Source of the DNA: a virus | Taxonomy: Duplodnaviria; Caudoviricetes | Direction: 5' to 3' (one strand) | Length of the DNA stretch: 64,000 nt | IMG/VR virus record: IMGVR_UViG_3300011008_000002 | Part shown: positions 56,724 to 64,000 of the stretch, one piece after another | Numbering within the stretch: position 1 is the stretch's first letter | Layout of the letters: each line of letters starts with the position of its first letter | The notes under the pieces: model-generated | Database searches by the model: none | Seen by the model: the letters and a program-made list of their open reading frames with translations, nothing else | What the model was told of the DNA's origin: nothing | Position numbers and translations under genes: made by a program

Positions 56724-57917
56724 TTATTCCTCCCTATTACCTATTTTCGTATCTTTAGGTTTAATAATTGATAAAATGTTCTCTAAAGAGATGTTAGCAC
56801 CTGCTTTCTTTTTGATAAAAGACGCTATACGCGCTTCGTCACGCATACTCTTATCATATAAATACGGACGTTCTTCTAAAGAGTTTTCTTCCGTGGTTTC
56901 AACATCTGAAATATCATCAGTTTCACTAGAACTAACTATTTTCAATAGGAGTTTTACATCTGGAATTTTTCCAAACGATGCTAATACGAAATCTCTCATA
57001 ACAACGAATTGTTCAAGAGTAGAGTCTATTACAACGATTAGTCTTGTTTTGTCAGCTGTATCTTTTACTTTATCAAGCCTATCATGTAATAGCCTATTTA
57101 AGTCATCAAGCTCATAATTCTTTTTGATGGAAAATGTTACAGTTGGCATTATAGGGGCATATTTGTTTAATAAATATTCCTCAAATGCTATACCAGTGTC
57201 TTTATCGTATTCTGTATAATACATTCCACAGTTTCCATCTTTATCAAACTCCCATCTTGTTACAGGCCCTATAGACTTAAATCTTCTATCAATACCCGCA
57301 GCAATATTATAGTGGAAATGACCAAAATAAGAATAGTTGGCAACTTTGCATAATTCATCTGCCTTAAAGACAGTAGCCGATGAATGTAATTTAGCCATTT
57401 CATTCTCCTTCTTCATATACCACATCAAATCAGTAGGTCCGTGACCAAATATGAAATCATAATGGTCTGATAAATATGATTTATAGTAAGTATCACTGTC
57501 TACCACGTATTCTTCTGGTAGATATAAGATATTAATTCCCTTAAATTCTTCTCGTGATACCTCATGGATAAATTTAATCCTTTCGTGGTCCACAAACTGA
57601 TTACATATAATCTCTAGTGTTTCTAGTTGCATTGCATCATGAGTTCTAGTTCCTTCAATAAATCTGAACTCTGTATTGAACTTCTTAGTGATACCTAATA
57701 GGTCAACCAGGATACGAAAGAATGATTTTACTGTATCTGAAGATAAGTATTCTTTCATATCAAATGTATCACCTGCAACTATGAATAAATCTAAAGACTT
57801 TAGTGACTTTAGCTTTTCTTGTACTATTGATATTAATTCATTTCTAAATCGTTCTGAATCTATCGCTCCCAAATGCCAATCAGCAGAGATTAGCATTGAT
57901 ATAATCTCATGTCTCAT
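56724..57917 (-). CDS. sbcD: SbcD/Mre11-like metallophosphoesterase nuclease
   Basis: ADWHLG, AGDTFD, GTRTHD, GHG and GHFH motifs. Confidence 0.9.
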   Translation of the reverse strand: MRHEIISMLISADWHLGAIDSERFRNELISIVQEKLKSLKSLDLFIVAGDTFDMKEYLSSDTVKSFFRILVDLLGITKKFNTEFRFIEGTRTHDAMQLETLEIICNQFVDHERIKFIHEVSREEFKGINILYLPEEYVVDSDTYYKSYLSDHYDFIFGHGPTDLMWYMKKENEMAKLHSSATVFKADELCKVANYSYFGHFHYNIAAGIDRRFKSIGPVTRWEFDKDGNCGMYYTEYDKDTGIAFEEYLLNKYAPIMPTVTFSIKKNYELDDLNRLLHDRLDKVKDTADKTRLIVVIDSTLEQFVVMRDFVLASFGKIPDVKLLLKIVSSSETDDISDVETTEENSLEERPYLYDKSMRDEARIASFIKKKAGANISLENILSIIKPKDTKIGNREE

Positions 57918-57937
57918 CTAGTAATATCTCCCTTCCG

Positions 57938-58603
57938 TCAATTCTCGGTACTATTTATTTCCTCCTTTGTATTCATTAAGTAATATATGTCTTTCAAATG
58001 GTTAAAAATTTCAAGTTCCGCCTGACAATCTTTGGTCTTTCTAATAGTAACCATATCAGGGGATAATAACGGTTTTGATAACAGTATAACTCCGATATTC
58101 GTTACAGGTAAATTATAGACTTCTTCCAATAATTGAACGTATCCCATTAGTTGTAACCAATGGCTCAGATAAATGGATTTAGAAGTCTTCAAATCAAATA
58201 TCATTAAGCTATCACTAGCTCTATTATAAGCAAGCATATCAAGAGTTCCACCGTATGTAGACCCTTCCATTGCAAGTTCGTTATTGATAACTTCTATACC
58301 CTCTTTTTCGAAGAATAATTCAATGAAACGAAATTTGAAAATAATCGCTTTATATTCTTCTTTTGAGAGTATGTTATCGGATGTATCAGCGTACATCATT
58401 CCATTTGAAAAATAGGTCTCAAATAACTTGTGGCAATGGGTTCCATACGCCGCTTTTTCATCTAAGTACTTGGTTGCGTTTATACGTTTAAAACCCATAT
58501 GATTAGCCCAACTAACAAGTTCGGGTTTATCAAGTAATTTAACTATTTCAGTACAAGATGGTATCTCTTTTCCATCATGATAGTATTTTCGATGTTCATT
58601 CAT
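57938..58603 (-). CDS. PD-(D/E)XK (RecB/Cas4-like) exonuclease
   Basis: PSCTEI, GTHCHKLFE, YGGTLD, IFDLKTS and QLMGY; start moved to MNEHRK after AGGAGG. Confidence 0.88.
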   Translation of the reverse strand: MNEHRKYYHDGKEIPSCTEIVKLLDKPELVSWANHMGFKRINATKYLDEKAAYGTHCHKLFETYFSNGMMYADTSDNILSKEEYKAIIFKFRFIELFFEKEGIEVINNELAMEGSTYGGTLDMLAYNRASDSLMIFDLKTSKSIYLSHWLQLMGYVQLLEEVYNLPVTNIGVILLSKPLLSPDMVTIRKTKDCQAELEIFNHLKDIYYLMNTKEEINSTEN

Positions 58604-58629
58604 TTTATTTGTCCTCCTAAAAATGACAT

Positions 58630-58642
58630 TTAGGGGTTTGTG
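58630..58642 (-). promoter_or_regulatory. Late promoter motif (CACA variant)
   Basis: Minus strand CACAaaccccTAA. Confidence 0.55.
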
Positions 58643-58757
58643 GAAAATGCTTTGATAATACAAAAAAATAAGGGAACTGACCCATCTCAGTTCTCTTAAT
58701 ATAAACTAATCTATAACTTCAAACATTAAACGTACTCCACCAAGATTATGTAATTTC

Positions 58758-58770
58758 CACAAAAGAGTAA
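58758..58770 (+). promoter_or_regulatory. Late promoter motif (CACA variant)
   Basis: CACAaaagagTAA upstream of the RBS. Confidence 0.6.
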
Positions 58771-58791
58771 TCTAAATAAGGAGGTGTGAAT

Positions 58792-60036
58792 ATGTCACTT
58801 ACAATGTCGAACCCTTCCATTGTACATACATTCGGTAACGTAGCTTGTGTTGCTGTTGATTATATGGAAAGTTTTTTCGGTCCTGATTTCTTTAATAAGA
58901 TTCATGTAAGTACCAAATTATCACATAGGCAGTTAGATGTATTTCGAGCTAAAACTGGTTTCTGGAAGAATAAAAAGCCTATGTTGGTATTAAGACCTAG
59001 AGTTGATTGGGAAGGTAACGGAAATTGGTTTTATGGTTCTACTATGATGACAAGGTTAGCAAATGGTAGAACCCATATGGAATTTGCTGATAGAGTAAAA
59101 CTAATACACGACCCTGAACATAGACTGGATGTTGATTTCATCTGGAATAGATATAAGATTATCTATGACGTGGTTATTGTATTAGAGACTTATAACCAAC
59201 AAGCAAATATCATGCATGACTTAAGAAATCAACTTGGTATTGAAAACTACTACCCGCTTCAAACCATACTAGAGGCTTATATACCAAAGAGTGTGGTTTA
59301 TTCAATAGCCGATTACCTTCATATAGATAGGAATGATACTGCATCAATACTAGAGTATATGAACACAGTATCAGAAGTTCCAATCACTTATAAGCTTCAT
59401 AAGAGTTCCGGCAATACAGAATTCTTTATGATGTATCCTACAAGAATAGAGGTATTCCCATCAGATTTACAACCAGATGATGGTACCACTAAAGGAATGG
59501 TCACTGACACTTATACTATTGGATTATCTTTATCTATGGAATTCAATAGTGTAGGAGTTTGGTACACGTTCCTGTTTGACAGTGATGATACGTTTAGAAA
59601 AGCCCCTATGGATGAAAATCTGATGAATAGCGAAGATAGGGTAATTCTTATGTCATCAATTCCTCTTGGTTATGATTTAGGTCTTGAGAAAGGATGGAAG
59701 ATAATTGAAAGTCCATTCTATTTTGCTACTCCTGACCCAAAGACAGGGATAGATGAAACCGATATCAGTGAAATACTAAATAAGATTTCTATTAGAAACC
59801 TTATAAATCATCATAAGCAAATGAATATTCCACTGGAATATTTCTTACAGTTTAGAGTATTTCGTGGGAATAAAGAATTACCAAGAGGTATTAAGGGTTT
59901 TGATATAGACCTTGAACAAAAGAAACTGTATACATACAATGCATTCAATCAAGATTCTCATAGGTTATTTGTAATCATCAACACTATGGCGATTAACAAC
60001 ATGGCTACTGAGATTTCAAATTTTGATAAAAAATAA
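58792..60036 (+). CDS. Putative virion structural protein
   Basis: AAGGAGGTG RBS (ATG at 58792); late promoter; beta-rich sequence. Confidence 0.7.
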   Translation: MSLTMSNPSIVHTFGNVACVAVDYMESFFGPDFFNKIHVSTKLSHRQLDVFRAKTGFWKNKKPMLVLRPRVDWEGNGNWFYGSTMMTRLANGRTHMEFADRVKLIHDPEHRLDVDFIWNRYKIIYDVVIVLETYNQQANIMHDLRNQLGIENYYPLQTILEAYIPKSVVYSIADYLHIDRNDTASILEYMNTVSEVPITYKLHKSSGNTEFFMMYPTRIEVFPSDLQPDDGTTKGMVTDTYTIGLSLSMEFNSVGVWYTFLFDSDDTFRKAPMDENLMNSEDRVILMSSIPLGYDLGLEKGWKIIESPFYFATPDPKTGIDETDISEILNKISIRNLINHHKQMNIPLEYFLQFRVFRGNKELPRGIKGFDIDLEQKKLYTYNAFNQDSHRLFVIINTMAINNMATEISNFDKK

Positions 60037-60054
60037 TTTTCGTTTGTATGTAGT

Positions 60055-60067
60055 AACATTGATATAA
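60055..60067 (+). promoter_or_regulatory. Late promoter motif
   Basis: AACAttgataTAA before an ORF-free structured region. Confidence 0.6.
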
Positions 60068-60270
60068 TCGTCTGCGAACTAGGGCATCTTCCAATGTATA
60101 AACGGATAAGAAGATGTCTTTAAATCGACGTTTCGCTAGAGATTACGGATGTCAGAAAAGAAGAGATTGCGTTATAATTGAGGATTCGAAATATGACCTC
60201 TATTCGGGTATGCACTCGGGAGAATAGCAAAAAATGAATTGAATTCGTAATCAACAAACCCTAGCGGAAT
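60066..60270 (+). ncRNA. Candidate ~200 nt multibranched late ncRNA
   Basis: Closing stem tctg/cgga plus ctaggg/ccctag; internal stems 60083-91/60110-18, 60127-32/60148-53, 60165-71/60246-52, 60180-83/60197-200 and 60200-05/60222-27; own promoter and terminator. Confidence 0.65.
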
Positions 60271-60282
60271 AAATATATAGAA

Positions 60283-60316
60283 GACTGAGGAGTAGTCATA
60301 ATACTACTCCTCAGTC
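60283..60316. terminator. Bidirectional terminator hairpin
   Basis: Perfect 14 bp stem between convergent units. Confidence 0.8.
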
Positions 60317-60323
60317 GTTACTG

Positions 60324-60749
60324 TCATAGTTTAGTGCAATCAAAAGAACCGTTTGCGGCTATTTGTTCTTCAAGATAACGCTCAGTATGGTTATCATACT
60401 CTTCATCGAATGTAATGAAGAGTTCATCAACTTCTTTTTGTTTCTTTTCTGTATACTCTCGTTCTTTCTTAAGAGCATACAACATTTCCTCTCTAGCTAC
60501 AACTTCCTTCTTTACGTAACCAAGAATTTTTCGAACTTTTGAAAATCTTGTAGCAGCATAATTCGTGCTCATGGTTTCGATATCGGATATATAACGATTA
60601 TAAATTCCGTTATCGTTCATCTTACTACGAAGTAATCTGAGTTCATCGTCATAATGTTCGAGATATTCCTCTTTCTCATACTTCAGTAGCTGATTGATTT
60701 CCTTGACCAACATCCTTCCCTTGATGGTCATCGAGTTGACCCTCATCAT
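60324..60749 (-). CDS. Hypothetical helical protein
   Basis: Start moved to MMRVNS after AGGAGG. Confidence 0.7.
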   Translation of the reverse strand: MMRVNSMTIKGRMLVKEINQLLKYEKEEYLEHYDDELRLLRSKMNDNGIYNRYISDIETMSTNYAATRFSKVRKILGYVKKEVVAREEMLYALKKEREYTEKKQKEVDELFITFDEEYDNHTERYLEEQIAANGSFDCTKL

Positions 60750-61838
60750 TGCCTCCTGATATCTCAGAAATCTCCACGTTTTCTTCAACAATTTCTCTTA
60801 TTCTATCGGAATTAGACCTGCGAAATTCCCTTAACGGTCCTTTCCAATAAGGCTGAATGAATATCTTCTTTCCCGTTTTATACGTTCTCCAATGACCGAC
60901 GACATACCAAGATCCGCATTTTCTAGTATAACTGCGATTCTCATTGTTGCCATATATCACTTCATCGAGTTTTGTTTCAATATCAGCCATAATTATCTTA
61001 TGTCTGACATATTTAACCCTCCTTGGTACTTCAGATTTGTATTTCTGATCTTGTGCAGTTAAGATTTCTCCTTTCTTTAAGTTTGACCGTTTCTCAATTA
61101 TTTCTTTCGTCACTGGATGCAACAACGCAAGTTGTATACTATACCATGTAGATAGTATCGCAATCGTTATAAGTTCGTGGCAAGATCTATCGTATAAGAA
61201 CACTTCGTTATCTATATCAAATCCTTTATTAGCGATTTTTTAAGCTCCATTAACATACTACTCGACATAGCTTTTGGTTGTCTTTCTGGTAAAATAACTG
61301 TATGCGATGGAGATATCCCAAACGCCTCGCTAAAGGCCAACGGAACCGCTATCATCACAGAGGACGACCTATCAACAAACTTCATATTCATTATCAATAG
61401 ACCAATCACCATTCCGATAAAATCGTTAGTGCTTTTTTCTTCCTTAGCATTTGATACAATCTCATGATAATCATCAAACAGCTTGACCCTGTATGACATA
61501 CCACCAACAGTACCATCACTGGCGGTATTTGTGAACTCGCAATCAGGAAGAGGTACACAACCACCGACCACCATATCTGATGGTATGCATTCTTTATCTT
61601 TGGTCTGTTCTATCCAGAACTTCTCAAGATAATCCACAGTTTCATTTGATGCTTCAACATACTCTGGAGCTTTTTCAGAAAAACATTGATTTGCGATATT
61701 TTTTACGTTGTTCGGGAGTTCATCCGAAAACACAATATCGCAATCACTAAAAGTTCTCATTTGGCTTCTAGTAATAAATTCTGGTCTCCAAACTCTATTG
61801 TTTGGATATTTCGAGAACTTCCTCATTTTGTTACTCAT
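60676..61838 (-). pseudogene. One hypothetical gene split into two ORFs by a frameshift at an A6 run (about 61236-61241)
   Basis: Adding one A at CTT AAA AAA TCG joins ...MELKK to IANKGFDIDNEVFLYDR...WYVVGHWRTYKTGKKIFIQPYWKG. The downstream ORF has no RBS. Confidence 0.6.
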
Positions 61839-61877
61839 AACAAACCTCCTTAGTGTATGGTTGTATAGTTACCAAAT

Positions 61878-61888
61878 TTTAATATATC
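61878..61888 (-). promoter_or_regulatory. Early promoter motif variant
   Basis: Minus strand GATATATTAAA. Confidence 0.5.
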
Positions 61889-61934
61889 AATAAAATCTTC
61901 ATAAACATTATTTTCTCCTAGATGACCGTTTTAG

Positions 61935-61947
61935 CACAATCTTTTAA
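61935..61947 (+). promoter_or_regulatory. Late promoter motif (CACA variant)
   Basis: CACAatctttTAA upstream of the RBS. Confidence 0.6.
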
Positions 61948-61973
61948 ATACTAAGCAAAGGAGGTTTTACGAT

Positions 61974-64000
61974 ATGGATTTGACAATAAAAACTCCGAAA
62001 GAAGAATTGATTGATAAAATTAACGATTTAGAAATACCGGAAGATGTCCTCTATGCAAATAATACATTTAGCCTTACGGCGTTAAATGAGACATTGGAGC
62101 GTCTATCCCTTATCAACTTCTGGAGTTTATACCAAACTCAAAGAGCCAGATTACATATGGAACGATTTGATATCCCATTTAGAGATTTCAAACCAACCTA
62201 TCGTTTATCTGGAGAAAAAACGAGAGAATATTTTCCAAAACGCAATATTGCGTATATAGATTATCAATTCATTCGTGCTGAACTACGTAAGAAATATCGT
62301 AATTCGGATGTTTACAACAAAGCGGTCAATCAGGTTGAGATATCTGAGAACCCAAGTATTTTCCGATATAATCACCTTGTATTCATTAATGGTGATTATA
62401 TCTCTACTACTGAAGTTTATCCTCAGGAAGCAAAGACTGGTATTATTATTGACCTTGAGTCAAATCAAAGTAGACATGGAATTACATATGCTGATTATAC
62501 CAGATGGATGGAAGAAAATCCTACGGTTACAATCATCATAGTTCCAAATTTCAAGGTATCAATGCTTAATACCAATCAGTATATCATTAACCGTGCAAAT
62601 GGTAGTCTTCCGTTTGATAATATTACTGGGTCAGAATACTTTACAGATGAAACTGTTTGCTTCTTAAATTCAGGGGAAGGTCTCAGTAGAAGATTTCTAT
62701 CTGACAAGATTACCATAGATACGGAGTCTCGGGTAATAAACTTTGATAATGATTTGGGAGCTGGTGGAAAGACTTATCACCTTTGCTTCATTACATTTGA
62801 CCATTTGTTTGCTAAGAGATATTTCTCGAATGAGCACCCTTATACGCAGTTATCTGAAGCAAAAATGCCTTGTCCTAAAGAGCATTTTGTATTCCTTTCA
62901 AGGAAGACTGGAATTGGTTCATTCCAATTTGATGGAGATATTTCTGCGGATATGTATTATCCGAATATCTATAAGTTCAACGGATTGGAAGATAATGAAG
63001 AGGGGTTAGCACTTGTATTCCAAGATGAGGATACTGTTACAAAGTCAGAAGAATACATCAATGACCTCAAGAAGTATGAAGAATATATCGCACTCCTTCC
63101 GAGGTTTGAAGACGGTTCGATTGATGATATTATAAAGAATTACCGTCCTTCTACGTTTACATATTCCATTGAGGATTATGAAGGTTCAGTATACGTGCCT
63201 GATACGATGAACTATAAGGTACAAAAACTTCATAAAGCAATCTATAATAATCCTTGGGCTCTTGCCGTATATATGGATATGCTAAATCTTCCGAGTGACA
63301 AATTCTTTCTTGATATGGAGAAAATTGATTTGACTAATCGTATCAGGAGAGATAGTTCGAGGGAAGAAATAGATGCAGGAACTCCTGTAGTCACATTCAA
63401 CGAAGATAGGTACGTATTTGCTATGAACCGTCACTATGTAGAAACAAGAAAGTACGGGTTCAGGATTTTCATTGATGGGTACTTTCAGTTAGATAATACC
63501 TATACAATCTTATCTGGTCCGAATTTCTATTTCATCTATATACCGGTTGATAAGATTAAACCTACTACTATGATTGAAATCGAGAGATATAAACTCTATA
63601 CGATTGAAAAACGTGGTACAGTAGAGTCAATAGATACACCAGTCGTTGAGTTTGATTTCTCAGAAGATAGGCAGATGTTTGGATATTCCAGGGAAATCTA
63701 TGCTGTTGATTTGAATACCCTTTTGTTTATCCCAAAGAATAAGTTGAGGATTGAAGTCCTTTACAAGTTCAATGAGAAATATGATAGGTGGGTAGAAATA
63801 CCTGAGCAAAGGAATATTCCCCTTGAGAATAAGGTTCGAGTATATGTAAAGGACGAAGCTTATGTCGGAAAACAGATAAGAGCAGGTATTCAAAGAACTA
63901 CAGTAATGGCTTCTGGTGATGTCTATCATGAAAATCCAGATGACGATGATAGGTCGTTCTGGTATACAAAAGGTGAAATTAGTAATTTCGGTGGGTATGA
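61974..64000 (+). CDS. Large putative virion structural protein, truncated by the window edge
   Basis: Not in the ORF track because it has no stop in the window. AAGGAGGT RBS; MDLTIKTPKEELIDKIND...LVFING...FRIFIDG... stays open to 64000. Confidence 0.8.
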   Translation, partial: MDLTIKTPKEELIDKINDLEIPEDVLYANNTFSLTALNETLERLSLINFWSLYQTQRARLHMERFDIPFRDFKPTYRLSGEKTREYFPKRNIAYIDYQFIRAELRKKYRNSDVYNKAVNQVEISENPSIFRYNHLVFINGDYISTTEVYPQEAKTGIIIDLESNQSRHGITYADYTRWMEENPTVTIIIVPNFKVSMLNTNQYIINRANGSLPFDNITGSEYFTDETVCFLNSGEGLSRRFLSDKITIDTESRVINFDNDLGAGGKTYHLCFITFDHLFAKRYFSNEHPYTQLSEAKMPCPKEHFVFLSRKTGIGSFQFDGDISADMYYPNIYKFNGLEDNEEGLALVFQDEDTVTKSEEYINDLKKYEEYIALLPRFEDGSIDDIIKNYRPSTFTYSIEDYEGSVYVPDTMNYKVQKLHKAIYNNPWALAVYMDMLNLPSDKFFLDMEKIDLTNRIRRDSSREEIDAGTPVVTFNEDRYVFAMNRHYVETRKYGFRIFIDGYFQLDNTYTILSGPNFYFIYIPVDKIKPTTMIEIERYKLYTIEKRGTVESIDTPVVEFDFSEDRQMFGYSREIYAVDLNTLLFIPKNKLRIEVLYKFNEKYDRWVEIPEQRNIPLENKVRVYVKDEAYVGKQIRAGIQRTTVMASGDVYHENPDDDDRSFWYTKGEISNFGGY

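Noticed and set aside
57938-58603. Cas4 as part of a CRISPR system
   Set aside because: No Fe-S cysteine cluster and no cas neighbours; it sits in the sbcD-dnaB operon.
62275-63929. Short ORFs listed at the right end
   Set aside because: Alternate frames inside the open 61974 to >64000 gene.
1-64000. tRNA, tmRNA, rRNA or CRISPR array
   Set aside because: No cloverleaf with T-loop and CCA, tmRNA ends or regular repeats were recognised by eye; tRNAscan or ARAGORN would be needed to exclude them fully.
1-64000. Genome-wide stop-codon reassignment
   Set aside because: All core genes are intact under code 11 with dense coding.

Overview
This 64 kb window is from a low-GC jumbo phage of the phiKZ/AR9(PBS1)-like supergroup. 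The host is probably a Firmicute, inferred from strong AAGGAGG RBSs, an SPP1-type holin, a GH24 endolysin with peptidoglycan-binding repeats and DUF6273-like proteins. It carries three split multisubunit RNA polymerase beta fragments, including two different beta C-termini, which implies two RNAPs. Other recognisable genes are an FtsZ/tubulin-family protein, RecA/UvsX, SbcC and SbcD, DnaB-like and Dda/RecD2-like helicases, an NAD-dependent ligase, type IIA topoisomerase A and B subunits, a PD-(D/E)XK nuclease, a YspA-SLOG plus bacterial-type PARG pair, and tail, baseplate and head proteins. Two promoter-like motifs are readable by eye: an early/middle ACTATATTAAA-type motif (about 15 copies, all on the minus strand) and an AR9-like late (A/C/T)ACA-N6-TAA motif (19 copies). 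The least explained signal is intergenic. A duplicated promoter-to-terminator cassette (40967-41341 and 54717-55027) encodes a conserved ~60 aa peptide whose frame is broken in each copy at a different hairpin. There are also several ORF-free structured RNA candidates: a 6S-like rod at about 5.0-5.3 kb, a multibranched ~200 nt RNA at 60.07-60.27 kb, a candidate anti-RBS sRNA at 36.9-37.05 kb, and others. All calls come from motif recognition by eye; no database searches or folding programs were run.
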